Positions 215,833 to 230,624 are shown, counted from the stretch's first letter. The stretch is DNA of 248,000 nucleotides from Octopus vulgaris (GCA_951406725.2 OX597826.1:60036001-60284000), one strand, 5' to 3'. Notes: generated by a model not told the origin, from the letters alone. Program-made: numbers and translations.

Positions 215833-218099
215833 CCTGCTCGCTTAGCCAGCGGGGTGGCGTCATTCGAAGGCTAAAACAATGCGAACGCATTGTGACCAGC
215901 GATGTGTAACAACATCTGATGGTCTGGTCAGTCACGTGATCACGTGATATATATATATACATATATATATATACACATACATATACATATGTATATATAT
216001 ATATATATAATATAATTATATAAATATATGCATACATGTATATACATACCTACCTATTTATGTATATATACACGCATATAAGGGTACAGGACAAAAAAAA
216101 ACGTGCAACACAATAAGAAACGAAAACATAAAAACAAAATCATAGAGACGAAATTGTTTTTCAAATACCGAAAAAAACAGCGTACAAAACATACAACACA
216201 AGGAATATTCCCCTTCTTCAGTTGTCCCTGTTTCATCTACTCCGTGTTGCGAACGTAAGAACAAGACGCGACTTTTTGAAACAATCCTTCCTTCAAAGTA
216301 AATTAAATAAAAGTGGTAACAAGAACAATACAGTAAAAACAATAAAAATGCAGAAACAGTAAAAGAAAGAACAATGAGAACAAAACAGCAAAAACGAACG
216401 ATGAAGTTTGTTAAGCCAAGACGATGGAAAAATTATTGTGAAAACTTACGGAGACAGCTTATGAAAGAGACAGGATAAGCTGGTCAGGTCTTGGTGAAGA
216501 TAGCAGTTGGAAAGATGGCTTCCCTCTGATTACATCTCAGTGATGAGAGAGTCGAGGAGGAGGAGGAGGAGGAGGGGGAGGAGTACGAGAGAGGGAACGG
216601 TAAAGAGGAGAGGAGAAGAATAAGGAAGGGTGGGAGAGAAAATCAGACACGATGAAGAACAAGAGAAGGAGACAGATAGACAGAGAACAAATAGTAAAAC
216701 AGAAGATACATACATATATGTGTGTGTATGTAGTTGTGTGTAAACCCTGAAATAGATATAATTAAGCAGATAAAAATAGAAAAATATAGCAATCAACCAT
216801 TTATATCACTTCAAATCAATATACGAGAAAAATACCATTGTCAGGAAAGACAATGTGTAACAAAAAATTTTTAAATGTTACATGAGATAGATATTATTTT
216901 TGCTCATAATTTTCAAATGACTAAATATTTTACTCTGTCTGAACATTTCTTGTACAAATTTTTTTTTTTCATTTCTCATAATCACAACTGTATCATCTTG
217001 TGTTATTATTATATGGTGTTACATTTTTCATTATGATTATTCGTAAGTGCAGAAAATTAGTCTACGTAGCTGTATCAAATTGTTTGACAGCTTTTCGCTT
217101 TTAAATTAATAAACTGTTATAATATAGACAAGTAATTTAATAATTCATTCACATAATGTTTCTTTTGTCAGAATGTATAACAACAAATTCGTGATATCAA
217201 GTGAGTAGGTCATTCACTATATACACATAGTTTTTGTCTTACAACGTATAATACGTTGTTTGTTACCAAAGCCATGTGCTTATGCATATAAGCATATATC
217301 TATGTACGCGTAAATACATCTGAAGGCGCGTGAGTTGGTATGTAGGGGCATGCAGCTCACGATAGTGAGGTCTCGCGTTCGATTCCCGACTGCTTGATGT
217401 GTCATTGAGCAAGAGACTTTATTTCACGTTGCGCCAGTCTACTCAGCTGGCAAAAATATATGGTACTTCTAATTCAAACGACCAGCTATTTCACTTCCCG
217501 TGTCACGCTGAATCTCCCTGAGAACTATTTTAGTGGTACGCGCATCCGTGGAGTACTCAACTATTGCACGTTAATTTCATGAGCAGGTTGTTCTGTTGAT
217601 CGGATCAACTGCAACGCAATCCGTTTCATCACGACAAAATGAAGCTTCTTACACCTCTTCTAATTTTCAAGAAGTTTTAGCATTTAGTCGTTAGATGTTT
217701 GAATGTATTTGGCCAGTCCTAATGCGGTAGATTTGTAAAAAATATATTAAGATTGAGTCAAGCCTCGATCTCCTTGGGCTCCGGGAAGAACAAAAACGAT
217801 TCACGTCTGGCTTTGAGCCGTGCATCATATAACGAGATAGCAGCTTACGCATTTTCTTCCTTTATTCCATTCATGTTCTAGTTCAACACATTGAAGCTAT
217901 AAGCAATTTATACCTAACACCTTTATGAATGAATTTATGGTTAACACTTTGTTATGTGCATTTAGCTCAGATTTCAGGACTGCTCCAACTCGACTATAAC
218001 ATTCCTTTTTAATCTACTTATGCTTGCATGCTGAATGCTAGAGCCTTCATTTATTCCTAGGTATGTGTAAGTTTGTTCCTGCCCAAATTCATTTATGAG

Positions 218100-218800
218100 T
218101 GAACATTCGATACTACTGAATTTGGGGTCTTCACTTTACCTTTTTGGAAAGTAACCTGGCACATTTATCAGAACAATATCCACGCAAATGTCATCACTGG
218201 ATGCTTTCACAGTACTTAATAGGCCTTGAAGCTCATCATTGCCTTTGCCATAGAATCTTAAGTCATCCATATAGAAAAGATGGCTTATTTTCTTGAGATA
218301 TTTTTTATCCATACCCTGGTCTGTTATGTTCACATGGAAGGGGTATTAGTGCTGCGCAAAAAATCAGAGGTGAAGGTGAAACGTTATAGAAAATGCCACA
218401 GTAGATGGAGTGATATAATTGTTCCAATTAAATCACTGCATTTTGGTGATATTATTGGACATTCGCATTCCACAATGACAAATTATGCTTCAGGAATTTT
218501 GAAATTGCAGAAGTTTGAAGATGCCCAGCAATTGCAAGATCCATAAATATAATATGCTTTCAAAGGCCTTTATTGCAATCAATCCATGCAGGACTGAGGT
218601 TCTTGAGTATCATGCGATTAATTAGGAATTGATCTTTGCATCCATATAACCCTTTTTGTTCAGTGAGGAAACATCCTTCTGTTCTTTAAATGCATATGCA
218701 TTCTCCACGGCCTAGTCATTAAAATTTTATAAGTGGTGAATAAACAGGATATGAACTGGTTTCATTATTCTTTGGGAGTAGATAACAAAGACCACATGTG
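218100..218800 (-). mobile_element. R4/Dong-type RT fragment
   Basis: ISHLFYMDDLRFYGKGNDELQGLLSTVKASSDDI (YMDD catalytic motif). Confidence 0.75.
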
Positions 218801-220250
218801 AAGAAGTCACGTATTTTCTTAGGGAACATTACATTAATTTTATCAGCGTCAGTATATCTCGAAATAAATTAGGTACTATTCTTTTCCATTACGTTTTATG
218901 ATGTCTTATAATATAGAATTGGCTGCCATGTCTTGTAGAACGAGTCGTTACCTCGAAACAAATACACTTTTATTCATATTGTTTGACCTTCGTGTGATTT
219001 TCTAAGATATCATTGTACAACCAGATCTTCTTGAGACCGAATACAATGCTGGCTTTTGAGACAACAAAGCAGCTTATCGCAATGAATTTAACTGTATCCT
219101 AGAGGAGAGATGCAACAGAAGAAGTGAACTAAGTATAGTGACTTGGAGAAAGATTGTAACATGTTGGGGGGAACCCGAGATGCTTACTAGTGGAAGTTGG
219201 CAGTAGGACTTACACTGAGTAAATTGGGCATTGAAAGAAGATGTAGAAACATGAAGAACAACGCAGAGTCGGCTGAGAAGCATCTAGGTGAATCATTATG
219301 GTTAGTAAAAAGATGTAATATGTGGTGTAAGTAGAATGTTGCTTGGAGCACAGGCCTAGTCATGATAAAGATATTTCGGTTCTCCTGGTTAAAAGTTTAT
219401 ACTGTAAGAAACGAAATCAGCGATGCCAGGATGCAGAACTGACAGCCTGTCCAAAATTTGCATCTGTAGGTACATGTGGAACTAGTATGTGTCATGAGAA
219501 TAAATTTACCTAGGCTTAGGTCTGCATCGTCATCTATGAATTCTTACGGATGTTGTTTATGCTTTTGTCATTTTTACTCCAAAATTTGATGTGAAAACTC
219601 GAGGAGATAGAATTTTAATAAAACAAGTGTGTTTATTAACATCTACTCAAGACACGACACGAAATGATAAAGTAAAATAAACCACAAAAATTGTAGACAT
219701 TCAGTTAATATCAAATTTAGATAGGCGAGTATGCTTCCTACCAAATACTGCATTGATGTTTTGTTGCTTTGGTTATTGGTGATGCTACTCTTGTTGTTTT
219801 TCAGCGCCTACAAGTTCTATAGAAAAGAAAAGAAGGTTTTAATATGCAATAATTATCAATATCTTTTGTAGACACAAAGAAGGAATAACTGGATATTTGA
219901 ATAAATAAACGTATTGAGATGTACTTACATTATTCCATAAGTAGATAGAATATTCTGTGATATTACAGAATAATTTGAAATGTTCGTCATATCATGTATT
220001 CATATTAATATTTCGATATTTTATTTTTGCGAATATTTTATTTAGTTTCTCGTTTTTAATGAAATGTCTTTGTTAGTTTCTTACACAAAATTTTCGTTTC
220101 ATACACTTAAATATTAATATTGTTGAAGACTTCTTCACAATTTTTCTTATGTATTTTTAAAATTCTGCAACAGATATTCTAGACTCTACTAGAAAGTATC
220201 TTGCTGTCTCTGTTTACATGGCGTAATATCTGAATTTTTACATATATGCA

Positions 220251-220319
<69 letters not shown>

Positions 220320-220339
220320 ATGTGTGTGTGTATGTGTGT

Positions 220340-220381
<42 letters not shown>

Positions 220382-220456
220382 ATACAAGCATATATACATA
220401 TATGCATATGTTTAGGTATATTTGTATGTGTATGTAGGTCTGTATATTCGTATATG

Positions 220457-220596
<140 letters not shown>

Positions 220597-220931
220597 TAAA
220601 TATATAGACATATATATGCGCATGTATCTATGTATATATGCAAGCGCCTGTGAAGGAGCACCAACGCGGATATGCACGTCTATATACATAAGCAAACACG
220701 CACACACACACACTCATATATATGTGTGCTTATACATATGAATATGCATATACATTCCGTGTGAGGATGAGCAGTGTTGTTATAAAAAGAAATACATATG
220801 TAACGTATTACCGTGAGAGCGTTTATGTGTCTGTGAGCGTGTGTGTGTATTGTGTGTGTTTGTGTTTCAGCGTATTTCTGTGAATGTGCTTGGTTTCGTG
220901 TACTGTATGTGAAGGTGATTGTTTCATATTT

Positions 220932-221005
<74 letters not shown>

Positions 221006-221329
221006 GTTATTATTACTATTGATAACATCATCATCATCATCATCATCATCATCAGCGGCAGTAGCAGTAACAGCAGCAGCAGCAGTATCATATGTCTGCA
221101 AATTCTTAGTGAGACACACACGCATAGACACACGTAGATTTAGCAGGGTGTGAATATACGCGTACACATTATTTTAACATACATATTACATATATCAGTT
221201 TTTGCTAGTATCTTATATTTTGGGTAAGAAAAACTTTTCCAAATTCTTATGTAAACATCCACATGGAATTGGTGAAAAAATTCTCTATCTCTCTTTTTAC
221301 ACATACATACACACACACATACAAGTATA

Positions 221330-221361
<32 letters not shown>

Positions 221362-222311
221362 CATATATGAATGTGTATATATATATATGAATGTATATAT
221401 GCATAGAGAGAGACAGAGACAGAGACAGATAGACAGAGAGAGAGATAAGCACATATATACATATAGATATTTATCTTTCAATCTACTCCTCATACCAAAA
221501 TCTTCTTTCCCTCATACTTCTTCTTATCCTTCTCTTCTCAATACTATTTTTTAAATTAGTTTTGGTTATTAATGTTGGTATTAATAAATGTGAAAGTTGG
221601 ATTGAATCATAGAGTGATTTACTACGATAATTTACATCATGTGTTCAAAATCCACTGTGGAGGCGACACTTTCGTGACAAAAGACGTGCTAGCTTGTATC
221701 TTGGACGACGATTCAACTGAGAGATATCTCGCTGCCATGGCTGTGTTGTTAATAATTTCGCTTTGCAACATGGTCTCTGCTTCAGTCACAGCCGGCGATA
221801 CATTTTGATATTGTCCTCTCCTGAATTCTCGGACCGACGAATGTCTCCACATTGAATATGGTACATGGAAAATATGCAAATGCTTGTCGTGAGTGTGTGT
221901 GTGTGTGTATGTGTAAGTGTGTCCTTGCGTGCATGTTGTTGGCATGTTTACTTACCCGTATATTAAAGGTTCAGTGAAGGTAGATAGAGAACAATTACTC
222001 TAGAAATATGCACAGGGGTCAATTTCTTTAACTACGCCCTTCGAAGTAGTATCGTGGATGGTCGTAGATTCAATAACTAACCAAAGATAAAACATTCTAA
222101 GTGTGTAATTTCCTAATTATATTTGAAACCATTATGCATATTAATATGAAGTTGGTATAATAATGTGGTATTATGTAATATTGATGCTTGTAAGATAGTG
222201 TGATAATACAGTGGCGCTGGTATATATTAGTATGTCTTAATGTGAGTTGAGTATTATGAGAATTTCAGTACTATTTTCGTTTCGCTTTGTCAGAAACTTT
222301 TAATGCAAATA

Positions 222312-222423
<112 letters not shown>

Positions 222424-224889
222424 TAAAGAGAAAAAGAGAGCGAGAGAAAGGGGAGACTGAATGAATGTAATCATATCCAGCGAAAGATCAGAGGTCTTTC
222501 CCGAGTCACAGACTCATGTCATCGATTCTGGACCGTGTATCATAATATCGCTCTGGGCAGAACACCTATCCGTCGCAGTATTTTACATTTTTGCCCGCTG
222601 AGTGAACTGGGACAAAGTGTTTTGCTCAAGAACACGATGTATCGCCTGATCCAGGAATCCAAATCCTGATCATATGTATATGAATATTATATATGCATAT
222701 ATACAGTTATTGCGGCTTTTCTACCAGTGGAACCTGAAAATGTTAGAAAAAAATATCCTTCAGACAGAAAACGTCGATGGCTTACGCGTGGGACTCGAAC
222801 ACACACATTCTGTAAACATGATAATGTTCTACAATAGCGTCAAAGCAATCTGTCGTATTTCTTTATCCATTTAAGAAACTATGTTCTTATCTCCGAGAAT
222901 TGAAAGTTGTTAACGTCATAGAAATTTACAAGCTTCGAATGTACATGCAATTCGTAATTTCACTTAAACATATAACTAGAATTAGATAATGCTGTGCATT
223001 ATATTAGGAAAAAGGTTTCTAAAATAGAGAATTTCGAAGGATTGCTATCGTCCTATTTCAGAACGCCTGTCATGTCTATAGAAGAAATGGGTTCGTAAAC
223101 CACAGCTTACCTTCAATTTTTCTATCCAAATAATGAAAGGTAAGGTACATTCCGAAAATTAAATAGACTTTTATATTCACGGTTTGGATTTCAATTGCGA
223201 CAATATTGAACATTAGTAAATTTTGTACATTGTTTTCGTTGCTATATGCGTGTTAGATCGAGATTACTTATCGAAGACACACAGAAAGACACTAGCGCGC
223301 TTTCACCAGCAAGTAGGGACAGAAACTCGATAGATTAATCGTGTTTCTGTATAGATTATATAATAGTAATCTACCCTCAGCTCCCATGAACGGTAACAAA
223401 GCAACAATCGGACTGATCTGGTGAGAGATGTCTTCGAAGCTTCTTTGTATGTTTGGATTTATAGTGTATCACTGTGCCTGGGTAATACTTCTCTCGCAAC
223501 CCGTGGGCTTGCTGTAAGATCGTTTCTCTTTTATATCTTGAGAAACAGCAAATATTTATTTGTGATACCATAATCACCATATCTGTGTCCAACACTTTCC
223601 AGCCGAGGTTGGTCAGTATGGGGACTAGTTCTTCATTCAATAGAAAAGACAGGGGGTACTTCCTCGAGCATGGAATGGAAATTTCACATCAATCGTGCCG
223701 AAATTTCTCTCTCGAGCAACGTATGTTTGGTCTCCCTGATATGTTTTACATGGTGTCTGGTTAATTCGTCGACGGCAATTTGACGTCGTATAGTTTGTCT
223801 CCAGTCAATTCATCGTTGGTCAGTTCGTTCCCAGGACAATTCGTCGAGATCATAGATAAAATGGAAGAACGTATATCTGAATTAAAACACGATTTAAATA
223901 TTACATATTCTTTTACTTGTTTGAGTCATTGGACTGCAGCCATGCTGGAGCACCGACTTTAGTCGAGCAAATCGACCCCGGGACTTATTCTTTGTAAGCC
224001 CAGTACTTATTCTATCAGTCTCTTTTGCCGAACCGCCAAGTGACGGGGACGTTAACACACCAGTATCGGTTGTCAAGCAATGCTAGGGGGACAAACACAG
224101 ACACACAAACATATACACACACATAAATATATATATATATATATATACATACATATATACGACAGGCTTATTTCAGTTTCCGTCTACCAAATCCACTCAC
224201 AAGGTAGTGGTCGGCCCAAGGCTATAGCAGAAGACACTTGCCCAAGATGCCACGCAATGGGACTGAACCTGGAACCATGTGCTTGGTAAGCAAGCTACTT
224301 ACCAGACAGCCACTCCTGCGCATATTTAGTTTTACTTAAAATTTAAGATTTTGTGCAATTGCTTTTAGAAAAATGTTTTGGGTTGGATATACTACTGTAC
224401 ATTTAAGGACACTGTACTTCATTGTACATAGGAAATATTTTCGCCATTTTGAAAATCATGTAGTGATCGAAAGTCATCTCTTGTGTTAGACGCGCTAAAT
224501 TGAAGCCGAAAGCAGCCGGTTTGTTAGGCTTTGTTATTGACGTTACTAATGACATTAGTTCTAATACTGGTGATGGTGGTGGTGTCGGTGGTGGTGCTGG
224601 TGGTGTTGGTAGTGTCGGTGGTGCCTGGTGCTGGTGCTGGTGATGTCGATGGTGAAGTTTACTTCAATGCCCTCTTCTCTGTCCTATATGCCATGGTCCT
224701 TACTGTTGTTAATAGGAAAAGTGCTGCTGGGGGAAAGGGGTGTTGTTATCTTCTGTCTTACTTCACTGAGGTTGTTTTATTGTTTTTGTCGCTATTGTAG
224801 TAGGTAATATTTTCATTGCTGTCGATGATGTCGTTCCCGGTGCTGCTGCTGCTGCTACACGTTTCCATTAGAACTGGGATAGGAAAGAG

Positions 224890-225400
224890 TAATTGTGTCA
224901 CCGATACGAAGTGGGGCCGGTCGAAGATGCTCGTTCTCAAGCGAAACACCGCCGCTGCCACGCCATGAGGCCTATTGCGTTGCGTAGGCATCCGCCCCTT
225001 CTCTCCATATCTGTGATTTTCCTTCGCTGCGCTGCTGGCTTGCCTCCACTTGCAAATTTACTTACTGCGCTCGTTCCCTGTTACCGCGTAGCAGGGTGCT
225101 CCCTTTCATTTTCTCGCTCGTTCGTTTCTATATTTGCTTGTTTGCTTGCCTTCTTCGCGCGTCTGTTCGCTCGCTTCTGTCTCCGTCTCCGAGCTCACCA
225201 CGCACCCGGCGGGCCCCTGACGTCTCCTCCTCCTCCCGCCGCCAACGCCTTCGCAACATTTTGTTCGCTTCGTTTCTGTGCGGGGCCGCCTCGAAAGGGC
225301 GGATCATATCGTTCGCGAGAAGACACTCAATAGATCGCAGTGTGGTAGCTGCTCTACTAAGCACGTCACTGCGAACAGCAAGTCGAGTCGTATGGAAGGG
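224890..225400. promoter_or_regulatory. GC/CpG-rich island, candidate promoter or 5' exon
   Basis: Non-repetitive segment visibly rich in CG dinucleotides against a very AT-rich background. Confidence 0.45.
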
Positions 225401-226436
225401 AATTTTTTCGCTGGTACATTTCCGACTACCATTCATATTCCCTTTGCAAAGCTATATTATTTTAGCATGAATGTTTCTTTCTTTTTCCGTTCCACTTTGT
225501 CCCCCTTTAATAATTGAAAAAACAAAAAACATTCCGAAGGGAAGGAATATCAGAAAGACCAGTTGTGCTCCAGAAAATTGGTGGGTTTAATAATAAATTA
225601 CCTTAAGGCAACAAATGTCCTTTTTCAAATAAACACATTTAGCAACAACAACAACAACAAAAATATTACTAATAATTTCCTTTATTTTCAACAAGGACTC
225701 GAAGAGATACAATAGCACGTAAGAAGCAAACAATTAATGGTGAGCTCACACAAATGCGTAGATCACATAGATATTGTACATAAAGACGAGGAGAGGACAG
225801 ACATTTTCTACAATATATAAAAGTGAAAATTTATAAAAGATACTCAAATAAACAGACGGCATAATAAATAAAAATGCAATAAAAGAAACAATACTCGAAC
225901 CAGATGAGGTCGGGTATGCATATGTATTTGTGAGTATGAGTGTAGCAAATTTAAGAGTCCAGTTATAAAGGCAGATTACTAATTCATGAATAAATAACAT
226001 TTCTGATTCCTTGTGCTGATATTGCTAGAAATGTTCGTACGTCAAAGTATGCAACGAAGGGCCGCATACAAAGGATTGCTAACATATACTAGCTCTCAAA
226101 GATTTGCTCATATTTTTTCCTTCTTTATATACTGTTCAAAACGTTGTCTCTTTTCTACGCAGATTTGCTCTTTGTCAGCAAATTGCTATTATTGCATTGC
226201 GTAAAAGATTCTTCAGATGTTCGTTAAAATTGTGAAGGTCTGTAAATTTTATCTCTTGATGAAAGTCGTCGTCATCATCATCATCGTCATCGATATTGTC
226301 ATTATTGTTGGATTTTGCTGTGGCTTTTCGTCCTTTCGAAGGTGATCAAAGAATTACCAGTTAAGCACTGGAGTCGAGGTAATCGGCTAGCACGCTCTCC
226401 CAAAATTTTCAGACCTTGTGCCTGTAGTACAAATGA

Positions 226437-226518
<82 letters not shown>

Positions 226519-226559
226519 CATCATCATCATCATCATTCAGTAGTTTTATTTTTATAACG

Positions 226560-227720
226560 TGCTTTTACTTCACTACCGAGCGCAGCTCTGTGTGCCTTGG
226601 GTACGTGCCGTGGTTTGCTGTGATGCTCTTATGGTTACTGTATTGAACGTGTTTTGCGTAGGATGTGTACAGTGTTCAGTAGTGGAATTTTCTGTACGTT
226701 ATATATATTTGTAAGGCATGGTGTTTTGTTATGTAGTTGTCTGAATATTTTTTATCATATCTAATGCGCCCACTATGATAGGAATTGTTTCCGTTTTTAT
226801 ATTCCACATTCGAGCTACCTCTATTTCCGGGTCTTTGTATTTTGAAAGTTTCTCCATTACTTTTAGAGAAACGTTGTCATCTGCTGGTATTGATACATCA
226901 ATTAGAAAGCATTTTTTTCTTCATGATCTCTGACAACTATATCTGGCCTATTGGCCTTAATTTTTCTATCTGTGTGTATTGGTATAACCCAGAGTATGGT
227001 TGCTTTCTCGTTTTCTGTGACCTGTTCTGGCGTGTGCTTATACCATCTTTTTCTGATGTTATTCCATAGTGTTGGCATAGCTTCCAGTGTATGTAGGTCC
227101 CAAATCTATCGTGTTTGTGAATATATTCCTTCTTACCCAGGATTGAGCAGCCAGAGATAATATAATTTATTGTTTCTTGTCCATCCCCACATATTCAGCA
227201 TTTAATTGTTATGTTTCTTTTCATTATATGGTTTTTGTAATTTCTGGTGGGCAGGCTTTGGTCTCGTGCAGGAATAAAAAATCTTTCGGTCTCTGCTTTG
227301 AGTCCTCAGTTTCTCAACCATTGCTGGGCTTTTTCTCCGTCTATTTCTTTTGCATTTCGTTTGGCCCAGTATTTGCCATGAAGGGGCTTTTCTTGCCATT
227401 ATTTTATCATAGTCCCTTGCTGTTCTAGTTTAGTTATAGCTTTTATTGTTTCTTCTTTTTCTTCATATTTGTTAGGTAATATGATGTCTTGTTTGTATTT
227501 GTTAGGTAATATGATTTCTTGTTTGTATTTGTCAGCTTCCTTAAATACTGAAAACAGTTTTTTGTTTTGCTCCTGTTTTGTGGCTATTTGTATTAGTTTT
227601 CCTTGCTTCTGAAGTAGGTATTTTTGCAGTCCTATGCTGGTTATTTTATAATAGTTTTCAAGCTGTATAAGGCCTCTACCACCTTCTATACGTTGTATGT
227701 ATACCCTTTCCATGTCAGAT
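226560..227720 (-). mobile_element. R4/Dong-type element 3' part, ending at an (AAT)n tract
   Basis: ERVYIQRIEGGRGLIQLENYYK...; CCHC region; REL C-terminus; same 3' UTR as the 150540 copy; abuts the (TAT)n run at 226440-226520. Confidence 0.85.
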
Positions 227721-227802
227721 TTTGGATGGTGCTTCCTAGATCCTGTTATTAATATTATTATTATTATTACTATTGGTGGTGGTGGTGGTGGTGGTGGTGG
227801 TG

Positions 227803-227838
<36 letters not shown>

Positions 227839-228179
227839 AGGTTGTAAACTGGCAGGATTGCTTAGCGGCATTTCTTCCGTCTCTTGCATTTCATTCTCTC
227901 GGCGTCGATGAAATAAGTACCCGTTAGTCACTGGGGTAAATGTAAATCGACTACACCCTTCCCACAAAATTTCACGCCTTGTCGCTTTAGTAGATAGAAA
228001 GAAATTATATTTTATCATCAGTTATCATAAATGTTTTTTTGATGCTGCTATTTCTCTGGTTTTTTTTTTTTTAAATATTTTTGGCTTGTTTTTTTCTGTA
228101 GTTTTTCCTTTCCATTTACATCAAAATAGTTAAAATATTGTTTTCTGGATTTCTTCATTCCTGCACTCGGCATAAACGC

Positions 228180-228184
228180 ATTAT

Positions 228185-228244
<60 letters not shown>

Positions 228245-228291
228245 GCAGCAGTAGCAGCCGCAGTAACAGTAGTAACAGTAGTAACAGTAGT

Positions 228292-228322
<31 letters not shown>

Positions 228323-228324
228323 AC

Positions 228325-228389
<65 letters not shown>

Positions 228390-228405
228390 CAGCAGCAGCA
228401 GCGTG
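228180..228405. repeat. (CAG)n/(TAG)n tract immediately downstream of the GPCR stop
   Basis: Direct reading; lies in the probable 3' UTR. Confidence 0.9.
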
Positions 228406-228431
228406 AATGTTGAACTCATAAACATCTTTCT

Positions 228432-229628
228432 TCATAGTCGGTTATTCTTTGATAAGATATTCTTAAAGTATTTCAGATGGAATTCTCTAGAAATGAAACT
228501 GATTTCCTGTTTTTGCGAAGTGCTAGGTTTAACTTTAACTTTTTTCGTGTATTTACAATGTGAGAAACACCGAAATATTGCGACTAATTCTTTACGAAAC
228601 TGTTTACTTGTAACTATATACCAGAGAAAATTCATGCTGTGGTGAGTTAGTGAAAGGAGTCGAAGGTATGAAAATGTTTTCGACGTTTTGTAACCGTCGT
228701 GGGAGACATCGTATAAAATATTTACCGAGACAGGTGTACATGTTAGGAAAAAAAATATGTTATTATAGACAACCATTCTAGTATTAGCGGATATCCGACG
228801 CCTTCGGGAATCTAAAGTACTTGTTTGACATAACAAAGGTCTAGAGAGTATCGTGCGTATAATCAGTACATTACATATCATCATAATAAGTGATGGAATG
228901 ATGCTGTGTAGGAATATACGTAGCCAGTTATCAAAATGTTCAACGAAGTAGAGATAATTTATGGAATTCAGAGTGCACTTGCCTAGTTCAAATAAATGTG
229001 ATTCGCTGGGAAAATCCAATGTGATGTTGCTTTTCGATTCGGTTACGTTGGCGTGTTTGCTAGAATAATTCTGGCTTATGTTGACTAGTAACAGTTGCTG
229101 CGACTTTGTCGTGTCCCCCATGCCAATGAGAAAATGGGAATCATACACTGCGAGTATTAAAAATGTTACTGTGATTTTGACTAAGCTAGCACGAGGATGG
229201 ATTTGAACGTGACTACTCAGTGGCTTAGTTACAAACAACATCTTCTCGAGGGATATGAGGACTAAATTCCAAGATGAGCAATCTATGAAATACGAAGAGA
229301 AGAATTGACCTGTTTTACATAAGAATTCATTCAGTTTTGTCACATGGATACCAAACGTGAATGCTAGCCATTTACGGAACAAGGTGCATATAACAGCCCC
229401 CATATCAACGGTAAGTTGAGATAAGAGGTAAATGTTAAGTCTTTGCACTTTCATCGATGATCGAGTGAGAATATACATAGAAATCATGTTACCTGAGAGT
229501 CCGAAAATCAGAAGAAATCCACCAAACCATATCCATAACCCGACAGCAACGACATTATCATGAATATATTGATCTAGTGTATCACTAGAAATTGTTTCTT
229601 TGTTGTTCAAGACAGCAGAGGAATCCAT
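228432..229628 (-). CDS. Single-exon class A GPCR, 398 aa from the first Met; orphan peptide-receptor-like (FMRFamide-receptor/GPR139-like grade)
   Basis: Only long non-repetitive ORF in the window. Seven hydrophobic segments with class A hallmarks: TM1 GLSGN, TM2 LTVD, Cys at the top of TM3 (FLCK), TM3 end SWNLVLISLEKMLFVTKP, TM5 IIPSLIMMICN, TM6 FFFLTCTP, TM7/helix 8 SMNFLWYIVTSKQFRKEL. The track's GTG start at 229652 follows a possible AG acceptor, so the ATG at 229628 is used. Confidence 0.93.
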   Translation of the reverse strand: MDSSAVLNNKETISSDTLDQYIHDNVVAVGLWIWFGGFLLIFGLSGNMISMYILTRSSMKVQRLNIYLLSQLTVDMGAVICTLFRKWLAFTFGIHVTKLNEFLCKTGQFFSSYFIDCSSWNLVLISLEKMLFVTKPLSSHVQIHPRASLVKITVTFLILAVYDSHFLIGMGDTTKSQQLLLVNISQNYSSKHANVTESKSNITLDFPSESHLFELGKCTLNSINYLYFVEHFDNWLRIFLHSIIPSLIMMICNVLIIRTILSRPLLCQTSTLDSRRRRISANTRMVVYNNIFFFLTCTPVSVNILYDVSHDGYKTSKTFSYLRLLSLTHHSMNFLWYIVTSKQFRKELVAIFRCFSHCKYTKKVKVKPSTSQKQEISFISREFHLKYFKNILSKNNRL

Positions 229629-230563
229629 ACTAGCTTTATTTTTTATGATCACTTATAGTTTTACAAAAATATATCGAACTAAATAATGGATTGTTACATA
229701 TAATACATGATTATACATAATTCTCAAACAACGGCTACTAATATCGAATCCAGTGTTGTTCGATTCGAGAATATTGATGATGCTGAAAAAGTTTCTGTCT
229801 TTTAAAAACGATTGTCGTTGTTGATGTAGGTACAGCTGCTGCTGCTGCTGCTGTGGTTGGTGTTGTTATTGACGTTTAGTTGCTGATCAATACTGAATGA
229901 AGAATACAAATGAGCAAGAGCATTAAAGCCGTGAATATGCTAGTCTTTTCATTTGTGTTTATTTGATTTCCCTATTGTGTTCTGTGTGAATTTTCTTTCA
230001 ATCTCTTACTTTAGAGCGTTAATGCATGGATTAAGACGGATATACATGCTATATCAGCGATAGGGTGATATCAACAGGAGGGTCTCTTCCTTTAGAATTG
230101 CTACCCTTTTTGTCAGGTTCCCCAGTTCAGTGAGTAACAAAGAGAAATCACATGCCGCAACGGAATTGGTATCAAGAATGCCATATTACATCATGAAGTG
230201 CCGAGAATATACTTCTGTCATTAAGACGTGTTTTTGTTTCATTGAACAAGATGTTTCAACAAATTCGAGTTTCTTCTTCGATTGGATACACACGTCTTTT
230301 ACTACAGATTTGGGACGCACATGAATTATCTTCTCCTTGAGAAAAGAACCTTAAGTGGGATTCATATGACCAGTCTCAAAGTTATGCTTTTCTTGCTGAT
230401 ACGAAGTCACCTCCTAAAACCAAAAAGAAAGAAAAGAAATTGCATCAATATACATATACGCATATATAGCACTATATACATGCATGAGTGCGTTTGTGTG
230501 AGTGTTTATGTTTAAGTAGTGATATAATGAATATTCCATGTGTGTATACTAAACATACATACA

Positions 230564-230624
<61 letters not shown>

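Noticed and set aside
221800-221890. In-frame TGA before a Cys-rich peptide as possible selenocysteine or readthrough
   Set aside because: No SECIS-like structure identified and no homology; purely speculative.
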